Both the position numbers and the translations under genes were made by a program. A DNA stretch of 64,000 bases from a virus. Positions 49,064 to 58,840 of this stretch are shown here, one piece after another (within the stretch, counting starts at the first letter, position 1; every line of letters starts with the position of its first letter). The notes below the pieces were generated by a model, which did no database searches, had not been told where the DNA came from, and saw only the letters and a list, made by a program, of their open reading frames with translations. The stretch is taken from positions 1 through 64,000 of the IMG/VR virus record IMGVR_UViG_3300028800_000005; one strand, written 5' to 3'.

Positions 49064-49450
49064 ATGAAGGAACCAGCATTTAAGAGCTATTTCGAGGCCC
49101 GGGACTTCCTAGACATCACATCCATGAACATGCCAGTCGAGTTCAACATGGCACAGATGGCGATCTTCAGGTTCCTGCTGTCACACACGATGTTCACGCA
49201 GGACGACGACTACGGGCGCGTGGATGACCGGTGGACCCGGCAGGAGACGATCGCGGACGCGGTAAGGTGCTCACGTGAGTATGTAAACAGGGCACTGAAG
49301 ATTCTGGAGAACAAGGTCGGAGCCATCAAGCGCAAGAAGTGGCGGGACGGGGCACCGGGAAGCGTGCCGGACGAGATTCGGATCACCTGGCGGGCCATGT
49401 ACAAGATTGCCGAGGGTGAACCTGGATCACACTCTATAGGAAGTGACTGA
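49064..49450 (+). CDS. Winged-HTH replication-initiator-like protein
   Basis: RQETIADAVRCSREYVNRALKILE..G.I; followed by iteron-like repeats. Confidence 0.7.
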   Translation: MKEPAFKSYFEARDFLDITSMNMPVEFNMAQMAIFRFLLSHTMFTQDDDYGRVDDRWTRQETIADAVRCSREYVNRALKILENKVGAIKRKKWRDGAPGSVPDEIRITWRAMYKIAEGEPGSHSIGSD

Positions 49451-49510
49451 TGATCACAGCGAGTGTGACCTACGATCACACTCTATTCCTTTGTAAAGAA
49501 AGAAAAGAAC
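49416..49510. repeat. Three GTGA-N7-TCACA palindromes plus purine/AT-rich tract; putative replication origin
   Basis: Copies at 49416, 49443 and 49465, all ending GATCACA; then TTTGTAAAGAAAGAAAAGAAC. Confidence 0.6.
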
Positions 49511-49539
49511 TACGTCGGTAGTGTTAGGAGGAAGAAGAC

Positions 49540-50091
49540 ATGAGTAACAGGTCATGGCTGAACAGCAAGGACCCGAACTACACTCGCCGTCAGTTCGACC
49601 CGAATTACAAGCCAGCACGACAGGACCCCAGGCACCAGGAGAAGAAAGGTCCCCGCGAGTTCGACAGGAACTCCTGCCCCGCAGGATGGGACGCCTCAGT
49701 CTGGGAGCTGACCCTCCAGTTCGAGCAGGCAGCCGCCAGGGAGGGGATTCAACTGGCGACCGGCAGGCCCGTGATCTACTCCCTCCTGCGCGACAGGTGC
49801 GACTCGTTCCGCGACGGGCTGTACACCAGGCACAAGCGCTGGTCAGTCGACGGGGTGAACGTCCACGCTACCTGGCAGGAGATAGTCTCCGCTGCGATCT
49901 CCCGGCACTTCAGGGACTACCAGGAGGACGAGTACGCGGCGGACTACTTTTGCGGGCCGGTGGTGTTCAACGATATGATCAGAGAGGTCCGGGAGCACGG
50001 GGCGAACCTCTACGGGGTCCGCAAGCTTGAGGAGCGGTACGGCTCCCTGGACTACAATCACAGCTACGCTGAGGAGGACGGCAATGAATGA
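49540..50091 (+). CDS. Hypothetical protein
   Basis: SD AGGAGGA; 183-aa ORF. Confidence 0.65.
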   Translation: MSNRSWLNSKDPNYTRRQFDPNYKPARQDPRHQEKKGPREFDRNSCPAGWDASVWELTLQFEQAAAREGIQLATGRPVIYSLLRDRCDSFRDGLYTRHKRWSVDGVNVHATWQEIVSAAISRHFRDYQEDEYAADYFCGPVVFNDMIREVREHGANLYGVRKLEERYGSLDYNHSYAEEDGNE

Positions 50092-50377
50092 CAGCTACAA
50101 CTGGGACGAGTACTTCAAGAGCCACAACGTCCTGGATCTTCGGGAAGACCTCGGCCACTGGAAGGACGCCCGTCACTACTACACCCCGTCTTCCAGTCAG
50201 CGGCACACGCTTGACGCCCGGATCGCGCGGCTCGAAGAGTACCTGGCCGCCCGGAAGTTCACCGAGGCTGACGCCCGCGAGCTTCTGGCATCGATGGGGA
50301 TCGATGACCCGCTTACGTGGCAGGTTCAGGTACTGGTTAACGTCCTGAACGCGGAGGGCCCGATCCGTGCCTTCTGA
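50084..50377 (+). CDS. Hypothetical protein
   Basis: SD GAGGAGG before ATG 50084. Confidence 0.6.
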   Translation: MNDSYNWDEYFKSHNVLDLREDLGHWKDARHYYTPSSSQRHTLDARIARLEEYLAARKFTEADARELLASMGIDDPLTWQVQVLVNVLNAEGPIRAF

Positions 50378-50612
50378 GCGCCAGACATTCCACTGCGGTG
50401 CGGAGGTTCTCCCTATCCTGCGTGAAGCGTGGAAGCCCCATGACGTCGACCACACATCCAATGGCTTTATCGAGTGGGCGGCCCCGTCCCCGCTGCCATA
50501 CGGCATCGACATCTACGAGGAGCCGGACTTCCCGGACCATTACTTCGAGGTGCGAGCAGGTTCCGAAGTTCTTCTCGCCGGATTCATAGAGGCAGGCAAT
50601 GGATCTAGGTAG
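50367..50612 (+). CDS. Hypothetical protein
   Basis: SD GGAGG; overlap-coupled. Confidence 0.55.
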   Translation: MPSERQTFHCGAEVLPILREAWKPHDVDHTSNGFIEWAAPSPLPYGIDIYEEPDFPDHYFEVRAGSEVLLAGFIEAGNGSR

Positions 50613-51873
50613 AGAAATGATCCGGGCGGTCCTGACAGAGAAGGGCGCGCTCAAGAAGTTCATCGACGCTGGATTCGGGCACGACTGGGTAAACGACAAG
50701 CAGGATCTTTCCCGCGCCGCTATCTTCGGGGACACGGACCTGGATGCCTACCGGTTCATCCTCCGGCACTGGGAGGACTACCGCGAGCCGCCTAGCCTGA
50801 GTTTCTTCCAGCACAGTTACCCGCCTGAGTCCCTCCGGCTGCCGAAGTCAGACCTTAAGGTCGAAGAACTCCTGGCGATGGTCCGCTCCGACGTGACCCG
50901 CGTCCAACTGGAGGAGGGCGGGTCGGAATTCATCGACGCGTTCGAGTCCGGGGACCTTGAGGGTGCCGTCGCGAAGATGGAGGAGACGGCACGGAAGATC
51001 CGCGCGGAGCGGACCTCCCGGAGCGTGCAGATTCCCTGGGACAGCGCGGACTACGACCTTGAGTCTAAGCTGAACCGAAAGGAGGTCGCCGGAATACACA
51101 CGGGCATCGCAAAGCTTGACGAGAAGTTCTCCGGCTGGCAGCCCGGGGAGATGGTGACCTTCCTCGGCCGGGCGAAGGCGTGCAAGACCTCGCACCTCCT
51201 GAAGGCCGCGCTGGCTGCCCACGACGACGGCTGGAATTCCCTGGTGGTCACCGTGGAAATCAAGGGGTCGTCTATTGCCGAGCGGCTGGACTGCTTCGCG
51301 GCCGGGGTAGAGTACGACCGGTACGTCCGGGGAAGGCTGGACGAGTCTGAGAAGAAGCGCGTCCGGATGGCGAAGTCTAATCGCGGACGAGAGGAGTACC
51401 TTCACGTAATCCAGCCGACCGGGAAGTACACTATCGCGGACCTTGAGATGGACATCGAGAGGTACCGGCCGCACGTCGTCTTCCTTGACGGGTTCTACTT
51501 CCTGATCGACAGCCGGACAGGGAAGCCCGGGTCGAACTGGGAGGGGCACGATAACCTCGCCCAGGATCTGCATAACCTCTGCCTGCGTCATGACATAGTG
51601 ATCGTCGTGACGATGCAGGTCCGGGAGAAGCAGGCCCGGGGCGGTAAGAAAGGTGACCTGGACGACAACACGATGATGGGCGGGACCGGGCTTATCATGT
51701 TCTCGGACATGGTACTTACCCTGGACATGGACAAGGAGACCTGGCTGAACACTATCCAGTGCTCCCGCAGCAGGACCCGGTACCTTCCCACGGTCAAGGG
51801 GACATGGTACTGGCCGAAGTCAGAGTTCCGGGTGATGGAGGATTACCTGGACGAGGACGAGGAGGACGAGTAA
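50599..51873 (+). CDS. DnaB-like replicative helicase
   Basis: TGI.KLDE..SGWQPGE, Walker A variant GRAKACKT, VFLDGFY, V.TMQ, SD.VL.L. Confidence 0.85.
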   Translation: MDLGREMIRAVLTEKGALKKFIDAGFGHDWVNDKQDLSRAAIFGDTDLDAYRFILRHWEDYREPPSLSFFQHSYPPESLRLPKSDLKVEELLAMVRSDVTRVQLEEGGSEFIDAFESGDLEGAVAKMEETARKIRAERTSRSVQIPWDSADYDLESKLNRKEVAGIHTGIAKLDEKFSGWQPGEMVTFLGRAKACKTSHLLKAALAAHDDGWNSLVVTVEIKGSSIAERLDCFAAGVEYDRYVRGRLDESEKKRVRMAKSNRGREEYLHVIQPTGKYTIADLEMDIERYRPHVVFLDGFYFLIDSRTGKPGSNWEGHDNLAQDLHNLCLRHDIVIVVTMQVREKQARGGKKGDLDDNTMMGGTGLIMFSDMVLTLDMDKETWLNTIQCSRSRTRYLPTVKGTWYWPKSEFRVMEDYLDEDEEDE

Positions 51874-52076
51874 TGGACGACACTCTTGACGGAGTTTACA
51901 AGTGGCTAGTGGAGGTCGTGCACTTCCCGTTCGACTTCTTCTTCGGGGACAAGCCGGAGTGGATGGACGTCGAGCGGCTAGCGACGGCCTGGTGGCTGTA
52001 CGAGGGGAAGCAGGAGTCAATCGAGGACTACGTGGGAACTATCTACTACGAGACTTCATGGCCAAGGGATAACTGA
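51873..52076 (+). CDS. Hypothetical protein
   Basis: TAATG coupling, SD GAGGAGG. Confidence 0.55.
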   Translation: MDDTLDGVYKWLVEVVHFPFDFFFGDKPEWMDVERLATAWWLYEGKQESIEDYVGTIYYETSWPRDN

Positions 52077-52270
52077 TGGAAGCGATCGACGGCCGGGGAA
52101 ATGTCTGGACGAAATTCGATGACGCGGAGTTCCCGTGGCACATCACGAAGCTTACGACTGATCCCGACTGGAGCACGACAGCGGGCTGGCACTCCGGACG
52201 GGCCAGGAACCTTCAGACTATCGAGATGATGTTCGGGGCCGTGGTGGTCCTGGATTCCGAGGAGGAATGA
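52076..52270 (+). CDS. Hypothetical protein
   Basis: TGATG coupling. Confidence 0.55.
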   Translation: MEAIDGRGNVWTKFDDAEFPWHITKLTTDPDWSTTAGWHSGRARNLQTIEMMFGAVVVLDSEEE

Positions 52271-52458
52271 TGGCAGAGGCACCTAAGCTCGTAGGTATTC
52301 CGGCGTACGAGATATTCGAATGGCGCGGCGATTACTGGATGACCCTGGGCATCGGTGATGATAACGAGGAGTTCGCCAAGGCCGCCGCCCGGCGTGAGCA
52401 GGAGAGTTACAAGCACGTCCGTCTGTTCAAGGTCACCCGCATCGAGATCGAGTTCTGA
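52267..52458 (+). CDS. Hypothetical protein
   Basis: SD GAGGAGG, coupled on both sides. Confidence 0.55.
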   Translation: MMAEAPKLVGIPAYEIFEWRGDYWMTLGIGDDNEEFAKAAARREQESYKHVRLFKVTRIEIEF

Positions 52459-53414
52459 TGCCTAAGACGGAATTCATCCGGCGGCCGGTGCCGAGTGACG
52501 TTCCGGCTGCCCTGGATGAACTCGGGCTGGACTACTCAGTCTCCGGGGACAACGCGAAGATACTCTGCCTGTTCCACACTGACCATAGCCCCTCCTGCTA
52601 CGTCCATGTCGACAGTGGCGTCTTCCACTGCTTCGTCTGCGACTCGGCCGGTCAGTTCGTGCAGCTCGTACAGCGCGTCAAGGGCCTGTCTGAGGAGAAG
52701 GCGGCACTCTGGTGCCAGACGAGGGCGTTCGGCCGCCTGCGTGGCGCTGCGGAGCGCATGGAGCTATCCTCGCACCGTAACGACACGACCCTGGTGATAA
52801 ACGAGGCGAGCCTTGCCCTGTTCACGGCCCCGCCTGAGCGCGAGCTGCGTAAGCGCGGTATTGATTTGGACGCGGCCGATGAACTTGGGATACTATGGGA
52901 CCCGAAGGAGCGTGCCTGGATTCTCCCCATGCGGGATCAAGACGGGAAGCTCGAAGGATGGCAGGTAAAGAAGGGCCATGATGTCTGGAACTACCCCGGG
53001 GACGACCGGAAGCGGGGAGTCAAGGGCGTTCGGAAGTCCGACTACCTCTTCGGACTCCATGCCATCTCTCACACTGCTCCAGTACGAGGCCTGCTGGTTG
53101 AAAGTCCACTCGATGTTGCTGTCTTCCGGACTGCCGGATTCCGAAGCGCGGTCGCAAGCTACGGCGTACGTGTCTCTTCTAGCCAGCTTGACCTTCTGAC
53201 TGCGCACTGCGACGAGCTTATCTACGCCGGGGACAATGACGAGGCCGGATGGCTGATGGCTGATATCCTGCGGAAGGAGTTCAAGCGGCTGCCACTTAGT
53301 TTCTATAACTACGGGAAGACTAAGTGCAAGGACCCGGGAGAGATGTGGACGAAGGGGGAGGACATACTGTGGGGCATAACGAACGCGACGCGCGCACTGA
53401 CGACGAGGTTCTAG
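52458..53414 (+). CDS. DNA primase (CHC2 zinc finger plus TOPRIM)
   Basis: CLFH.DHSPS...FHCFVC; VESPLD; GDNDEAG; KDPGE. Confidence 0.9.
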   Translation: MPKTEFIRRPVPSDVPAALDELGLDYSVSGDNAKILCLFHTDHSPSCYVHVDSGVFHCFVCDSAGQFVQLVQRVKGLSEEKAALWCQTRAFGRLRGAAERMELSSHRNDTTLVINEASLALFTAPPERELRKRGIDLDAADELGILWDPKERAWILPMRDQDGKLEGWQVKKGHDVWNYPGDDRKRGVKGVRKSDYLFGLHAISHTAPVRGLLVESPLDVAVFRTAGFRSAVASYGVRVSSSQLDLLTAHCDELIYAGDNDEAGWLMADILRKEFKRLPLSFYNYGKTKCKDPGEMWTKGEDILWGITNATRALTTRF

Positions 53415-53434
53415 ATCAACACCTGTGGGCCCAA

Positions 53435-53638
53435 ATGGACCTGCGGGACGACAGTGATAACGTGGTGTGGCACGGGCGAATCTGCATCACGGGACCCGAC
53501 GACATCGACCGCATCAATGAGATCGCCCAGCCTTACCTGAACGTTCCGTTGACAAAGGATGCGGTGTATAAGCTAATCGCGGTGCTGCACGACGCTGGAT
53601 TCCCGTCACGACATGCGAAGGACTGGATCTTCCAATGA
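53435..53638 (+). CDS. Hypothetical protein
   Basis: ORF filling the gap; start uncertain. Confidence 0.45.
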   Translation: MDLRDDSDNVVWHGRICITGPDDIDRINEIAQPYLNVPLTKDAVYKLIAVLHDAGFPSRHAKDWIFQ

Positions 53639-53811
53639 CGCGCAACTTTTCGGTAGAGCTTTACAAGTACCTGTCCGAGGACCCGGACCGTGCGGAGCGG
53701 TACCTGCTTGAGCCGGAGTACCGTACGGTAGTACGGCGTCTGATAGAGCAGCGGGTTATCAGCCGAAAGATAGAAGACAAGGTAATTCAGAAGATGGAGG
53801 AGGAGTTTTAA
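53635..53811 (+). CDS. Hypothetical protein (58 aa, not in ORF track)
   Basis: MTRNFSVELYKYLSEDPDRAERYLL...; ATGA and TAATG coupling. Confidence 0.55.
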   Translation: MTRNFSVELYKYLSEDPDRAERYLLEPEYRTVVRRLIEQRVISRKIEDKVIQKMEEEF

Positions 53812-54233
53812 TGATTCGATGGATGCTATGGGGACGGCAGTGGGGCAAGAGTTACCAGACACTGGAGTGGTTCAAGGGGGACCCGGTCCACCGTGTTATC
53901 ATCACCCCGAACCTGGTTCAGGCTGAGCAGCTCCGTCGTGAGCTTGCAAACTACTACCCGCACGGCCCGGACGATGCTGCCGCTGAATGGCATGAGCTAC
54001 TGGAGACGAACGTCGTCAGCCTGACGCAGTGGTCACAGGAGGGAGACCATCACGCCAGGTACACCAGGGACTGGGAACGATTCTATCCGGAGGTCGCGAT
54101 AGATAACCTGGACATGATGCTCAAGGGCCTGGTTGGAGCGGACGTCTCCCTGGTTACCGCGAGCGGCGGGAACGACACGCCCGTGGGTCTCGTCATCGAC
54201 CCGCGCACGCTAAAGTACCCGACCATCGACTGA
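53811..54233 (+). CDS. Small P-loop protein
   Basis: GRQWGKS Walker A-like, VAIDNLD Walker B-like. Confidence 0.6.
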   Translation: MIRWMLWGRQWGKSYQTLEWFKGDPVHRVIITPNLVQAEQLRRELANYYPHGPDDAAAEWHELLETNVVSLTQWSQEGDHHARYTRDWERFYPEVAIDNLDMMLKGLVGADVSLVTASGGNDTPVGLVIDPRTLKYPTID

Positions 54234-54236
54234 CCC

Positions 54237-55889
54237 GTGCTGACCGGAAAGCTTCACCCGTACCAGGACCCCTGTGTTGACGCCGCGCTGGCACGGGGGC
54301 GGTACCTTATCGCCGCAGACATGGGTACCGGCAAGACGGTCATGTCCATAGCAGTGGCCGAGGAGCTGCTCGGGTGCGGGGACGTCTCCCGGGTCCTGAT
54401 TGTCGTCCCGTCTTCCCTGAAGTACCAGTGGGCCCAGGCCCTGGCGAAGTTCACCGACCTGCCGACTAAGGTGGTCAAGGTAGGCAAGCACAAGATCACC
54501 GTCCCGGCAGATCCAAGGTGCGTTGTAATCAACGGGCGTGCATTCCAGAAGAACAAGGTCCAGTACTCTGCGGCCGATGACCGTAAGCGCCAGTACAATT
54601 CGGTGACCGACGCGACTGAGTACGTCATCCTGAGCTACGAGTCGATCCTTGATGACTCCCGGCAGGTACGCAAGCTCAAGCCCGGCCTGGTCATCCTTGA
54701 CGAGTGCACCCAGATAAAGTCCTTCCGAGCGCAGCGGTCAAAGAAGATCAAGAGGATGCTTGACTCCGAGTACCGACTCGGACTGACCGGTACCCCCATT
54801 GAGAACGGCAGGCCCGAGGAGCTGTTCTCTATCATGCAGTGGGTCGACGAGGACGTGCTCGGCCGGTGGGATTTCTTCGACCAGACGTACATCCGCCGCG
54901 ATTCAAATGGCATATCCAAGGGGTACAAGAACCTGCCGGTACTGCGCGAGCGGCTGGCCCCGGCGATGTCCCGGCTATCCAGGCACGACCCGACCGTCCG
55001 GTCGTACATGCCAGACGTGACCGAGGACCGCTGGTCAGTAGAGATCACCGGCCCTATCCGGGACGCGTACATGTCGATGGCCCGGGACCTTTACGCGGAG
55101 CTGAAGAACATTGGATTCGCCGGGAGGTCGTTCTCCGTGGCGGATTACTACGGGGGAGCGGCGGACGAGAGCACTAAAATCGGCAAGATCATGGCAATTC
55201 ACACGGCCATGGAGATGCTGCTCGACCACCCTGACCTGGTAGTGAAGTCCGCCATGGAATACGAGGCCACGAAGAACCTGCCTTTCGAGAAGAGAAAGGG
55301 ATCGAAGTACGCGTACCAGGTATGGCAGGACGACCTGCTTGATGACGTTTGGGACAGCCCGAAGCTGACCGAGCTGACCGAAAGGCTAACCCGCGCGCTG
55401 TCCTTTGACGCCAAGGTTCTGGTGTACACCAAGTACCGGTCGATGCTCCCGGTACTGTCGGAAGCGATCGGTGTCCCGTCCGTCCTGTACCACGGTGAGC
55501 TGACGTCCAGCCAGAAAGCGGCTGCTGTGGCTAAGTTCTCCGCACCGGCCGGGCCCCGCGTCTTCCTGTCATCCCATGCCGGTGCCTACGGCTGTGACAT
55601 GAACATGGCTGACCACCTGGTCGACTACGATAACGCCTGGCAGGCGGGCAAGGCTGACCAGATCGACGCGCGCCACGTCCGAGCCAGCAGCGAGTTCAAG
55701 AACGTCTACGTCCACAAGATGGTCTGCGAGGGGACGGTGGAGGAACGCATCCTCCAGATGCAGCACCACAAGCGACGTGTGTCCGGCGCGGTCATGGACG
55801 GCAAGGGCGCGGACAAGTTCGGCCGCGTGGAGAACGACGTCACCGGGCTGACGGCGTTCCTTGAGGGCACGGTCGACGGCTTGATTTGA
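54237..55889 (+). CDS. SNF2-family helicase/translocase
   Basis: LHPYQ, DMGTGKT, VVPSSLKYQW, ILDEC, LTGTPIEN, HelicaseC motifs, TVEERI. Confidence 0.9.
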   Translation: MLTGKLHPYQDPCVDAALARGRYLIAADMGTGKTVMSIAVAEELLGCGDVSRVLIVVPSSLKYQWAQALAKFTDLPTKVVKVGKHKITVPADPRCVVINGRAFQKNKVQYSAADDRKRQYNSVTDATEYVILSYESILDDSRQVRKLKPGLVILDECTQIKSFRAQRSKKIKRMLDSEYRLGLTGTPIENGRPEELFSIMQWVDEDVLGRWDFFDQTYIRRDSNGISKGYKNLPVLRERLAPAMSRLSRHDPTVRSYMPDVTEDRWSVEITGPIRDAYMSMARDLYAELKNIGFAGRSFSVADYYGGAADESTKIGKIMAIHTAMEMLLDHPDLVVKSAMEYEATKNLPFEKRKGSKYAYQVWQDDLLDDVWDSPKLTELTERLTRALSFDAKVLVYTKYRSMLPVLSEAIGVPSVLYHGELTSSQKAAAVAKFSAPAGPRVFLSSHAGAYGCDMNMADHLVDYDNAWQAGKADQIDARHVRASSEFKNVYVHKMVCEGTVEERILQMQHHKRRVSGAVMDGKGADKFGRVENDVTGLTAFLEGTVDGLI

Positions 55890-55938
55890 TTTGGGGAGTA
55901 ACTCTGGGCTACCCTGAAGGGGAGCTTAGGAGGCTGAC

Positions 55939-56061
55939 ATGACAGACAAGCCACGGTACACCTACCAACTGCAGTACCTGCCATGGCTAGGGGAACCTCG
56001 CTACGTCCTGGTCGACCCTGAGGCGCTTGACGGGGACACGATCATCCGGGGGGAGAACTAG
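55939..56061 (+). CDS. Small hypothetical protein (40 aa)
   Basis: SD AGGAGG; possible TTGATT-N18-TACCCT promoter upstream. Confidence 0.5.
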   Translation: MTDKPRYTYQLQYLPWLGEPRYVLVDPEALDGDTIIRGEN

Positions 56062-56345
56062 TGAAGGCAAAGAAACTGCTCGCCCATTTCCTGGAGTACT
56101 TTAACCTTACTCGGGAAGAGGCCGAGCACGTCTTCCACTGTTTTTCATGTGAACTCTCCGGACTGGAGGGTGCCCAGGAATTCTGCCGGGAGTTCATGGT
56201 TGAGTTCCGTGGATGGACACCCCCGGTCCTGACGGAGGACGATAAGCTGTTCTCCCGGGCCCTGCAGAACTTGTGGGCTCCGTATATCCTAGATCAGATG
56301 CCCGTACTGAAGTTCGAGAAGTTCCAGGCCAAGGAGAACCAATGA
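56061..56345 (+). CDS. Hypothetical protein
   Basis: Coupled ORF. Confidence 0.55.
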   Translation: MKAKKLLAHFLEYFNLTREEAEHVFHCFSCELSGLEGAQEFCREFMVEFRGWTPPVLTEDDKLFSRALQNLWAPYILDQMPVLKFEKFQAKENQ

Positions 56346-56905
56346 CGACACGTAAGCGCCGCCGCCCGGCTCCGTCAATCGACATCGCGCACACGTTCCA
56401 GACGTACCTGTTCCAGCGGGAAGTCGCCGCGACCGCGACGAAGGAGAAGGAAAAGGCCGCCAAGGAGCTGCGGAAGGCTACCATTGAGCGTGGCGTGGTA
56501 GCCCTTGACGAGTACGGTAACGAGATCCACGGCGGGAACATCGAGTACGCCCTGGACGACCCTATCCAGGTCGGTAACAAGGTGTACGCCGGGATGGAGA
56601 TGCGGAAGTCCCCGCAGATATCATTCGATGAAGACACTGCCATGGACCTGGCCAGGGCCAAGAAGATCCCGTTGGCTGATGTCGTCGGCACGGTCACACT
56701 CACTATGTCCTACTCGGACTACGAGCAGCTCCAGCGGGAAAGCACGCTGGACTCTTGGGACATTACCGTGTACCAAGAGGTCAACCAGGACGCATTCTAT
56801 GTACTGAACCAGCAGGGCAAGATCACCGACGACGAGCTGGACTCACTGCTTATCGAGGGCGAGCCCAAGTACAGTCTCTGGCCGATCGAAAGGACAGGGG
56901 AATGA
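56342..56905 (+). CDS. Hypothetical protein (Gam-like coiled-coil candidate)
   Basis: SD AAGGAG before ATG 56342; QGKITDDELD C-terminal motif. Confidence 0.6.
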   Translation: MTTRKRRRPAPSIDIAHTFQTYLFQREVAATATKEKEKAAKELRKATIERGVVALDEYGNEIHGGNIEYALDDPIQVGNKVYAGMEMRKSPQISFDEDTAMDLARAKKIPLADVVGTVTLTMSYSDYEQLQRESTLDSWDITVYQEVNQDAFYVLNQQGKITDDELDSLLIEGEPKYSLWPIERTGE

Positions 56906-57210
56906 TCGATAGCATCACGCAAGAAGAACTAGCTGAGGCGTTCATACGCCTGGGGTACACAAGTCGGCATCACGCGCCGAACATCTTCGCGGACATCGAA
57001 GCCCACCGCGAGTACTTCGAGGTCGGGGAAATCTACGAGGACAACAAGGGACGCCGCCTGCTGCGCCGGGAGAATGACCTGTGGCCGTGGCAGGTCATTA
57101 CGTATGTCAAGGGTGATCCGATGACCCAGCACGATGGGAGTCACTACGGGACGCTGCAGCTTGAGACGTTTCCGGAGCGCCCGCTCAGGAAGCTAGTCCC
57201 GGAGGGGTAG
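56902..57210 (+). CDS. Hypothetical protein
   Basis: ATGA overlap start at 56902. Confidence 0.55.
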   Translation: MIDSITQEELAEAFIRLGYTSRHHAPNIFADIEAHREYFEVGEIYEDNKGRRLLRRENDLWPWQVITYVKGDPMTQHDGSHYGTLQLETFPERPLRKLVPEG

Positions 57211-57212
57211 CC

Positions 57213-57548
57213 ATGGAGATCCTGATACTGAGCCTGGTCGCCCCTCCCCTGGGGCTGGCTTCCTTCTGGTTCTCGCTGCGCCACCCGTGGGGATGGATCT
57301 TCGGGATCGCGCAGTCGGTTGTCTACGCCACGCTCGGTGTCGCCAGCGGTGCCATCGGGCTGCTGATCTTCTCCCCCCTGTACATCCTTGTGTTCTCCAG
57401 GAACTTCTACCTAGCGGAGAAGGACCACAAGAAGAAGCTAGCCAAGAAGGCTAAGAAGACAGCCAAGAAGCAGGCAAAGATAGCCAGGCGCGTGGCCGAG
57501 GAAAACGCTACGCTCTGCATAATAGGAGGCAGTAATGCCAAAGGGTAA
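57213..57548 (+). CDS. Small three-helix membrane protein (short PnuC-like)
   Basis: WGWIFGIAQ...GLL...Y..V..RN pattern; Lys-rich tail. Confidence 0.55.
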   Translation: MEILILSLVAPPLGLASFWFSLRHPWGWIFGIAQSVVYATLGVASGAIGLLIFSPLYILVFSRNFYLAEKDHKKKLAKKAKKTAKKQAKIARRVAEENATLCIIGGSNAKG

Positions 57549-57765
57549 GGGAAAGGCACCCCGGCCTGAGATCATCCCGCCGCCGCCCCTGACCGCTCCC
57601 GTCCCGGAGCTGTTCACGGATGCCGACCGGCAGCTACCCGGCGCGGTCCAGTGGGTCCGTCGCGGTATCAAGGAACTGATCCAGAAGGCGTACTACATCG
57701 GGTACAACGATGGGTACGCGCACGGGTACCAGGACGGCACCGATCACGGGCACGTCAATGCGTGA
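57535..57765 (+). CDS. Hypothetical protein
   Basis: SD AGGAGG; GYxxG repeats. Confidence 0.55.
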   Translation: MPKGKGKAPRPEIIPPPPLTAPVPELFTDADRQLPGAVQWVRRGIKELIQKAYYIGYNDGYAHGYQDGTDHGHVNA

Positions 57766-58159
57766 CGAGTACTTCATCCCGGGACTCAAGGGCCCGCAGA
57801 AGTTCGCGGCCCCCGAGCAGCATGAGGATGCCCTTGACGCCCTGCTGGGCCATCCGATCCTGATGCGGTACCAGGGAGAGGTCACCGAGTTCTACAAGAT
57901 CGGCGCGCTAGCGAGGTCCCTGAACAGGTCCGTTGTCACCATCAGGAAGTGGCAGGACAAGGGGATAATCCCGAAGCCAAACTTCGCTATCCCTACGAAG
58001 GCACTGGGTGGTAAGATCCGTCTGTACTCCCGGCCGCAGGTGCTGGGACTCCGGGAGATCGCGGAGGAAGAGGGCATCCTGATCGACACGACCAAGGCCA
58101 TAACCCACACGCGCTTCGAGGAGCGCGCGTTTAACCTGTTCAGGGAGCTTAGGCAATGA
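57758..58159 (+). CDS. MerR-like HTH DNA-binding protein
   Basis: YKIGALARSLNRSVVTIRKWQDKGIIP...RLYS. Confidence 0.8.
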   Translation: MRDEYFIPGLKGPQKFAAPEQHEDALDALLGHPILMRYQGEVTEFYKIGALARSLNRSVVTIRKWQDKGIIPKPNFAIPTKALGGKIRLYSRPQVLGLREIAEEEGILIDTTKAITHTRFEERAFNLFRELRQ

Positions 58160-58341
58160 GGATCGAGATACGGGACACTGAGGAACTGGTCCAGTACCTG
58201 CATCCGGCCACGATACATGAGGTACGGTTCGTGCATGACACTGGAGGTTCGTCAACGTCTACCTCGGTGGAGCGAATGACCACGGCCGAGCTTAGGGAGC
58301 TGTGGGAGCGGGTTACTGACAGATTGGGGAGCATACGGTGA
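58156..58341 (+). CDS. Hypothetical protein
   Basis: ATGA overlap. Confidence 0.5.
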   Translation: MRIEIRDTEELVQYLHPATIHEVRFVHDTGGSSTSTSVERMTTAELRELWERVTDRLGSIR

Positions 58342-58517
58342 AGGCAACCCTGCGCATGATAGTTCCGGGCAAGCATGCATGGAGCGAGAAGATAGATCTA
58401 ACCATGACCATGACGGACGAGCGCGCCGCCCGGCGCACGTACGAGTACCTTACCGAGCGCGAGATCGGTGCCGAACTAACCACCACTAAGCAGGTCGTAG
58501 AGAAGAACGGGCTATGA
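58338..58517 (+). CDS. Hypothetical protein (59 aa, not in ORF track)
   Basis: GTGA overlap start with SD GGGGAG; ATGA overlap end. Confidence 0.5.
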   Translation: MKATLRMIVPGKHAWSEKIDLTMTMTDERAARRTYEYLTEREIGAELTTTKQVVEKNGL

Positions 58518-58759
58518 TAATCGAACGCAGCCGCGAGCACGTGGTGAACCTGGGGAACTACGAGTCCGTCCGGGTCGGTGCTAGGATCACCCTGGACCGG
58601 GCGGATATCGAGGAGCTACTGCAGGATGGCCTGAAGATCGAGGACGTTGTCACCCAGGCTGACGAGTGCCTTGATGCCCTGCTAGCCGCCGACCTCGCTG
58701 AGGCCGAGCAGAATGTCCCACCGGACAAAGAAACGCACCTCACGACCTGGAAGAAATGA
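58514..58759 (+). CDS. Conserved phage hypothetical protein
   Basis: VNLGNYESVRV motif. Confidence 0.65.
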   Translation: MIIERSREHVVNLGNYESVRVGARITLDRADIEELLQDGLKIEDVVTQADECLDALLAADLAEAEQNVPPDKETHLTTWKK

Positions 58760-58781
58760 GAACTACCCCCCAGCGGTAGTT

Positions 58782-58811
58782 TTGACCGGGGACAGTGGGC
58801 CCCAGTACCCT
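58782..58811 (+). promoter_or_regulatory. SigA-type promoter TTGACC-N18-TACCCT
   Basis: Intergenic, upstream of SSB-like gene. Confidence 0.6.
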
Positions 58812-58840
58812 TAGTACGGACATCACATGGAGGAAATTCA

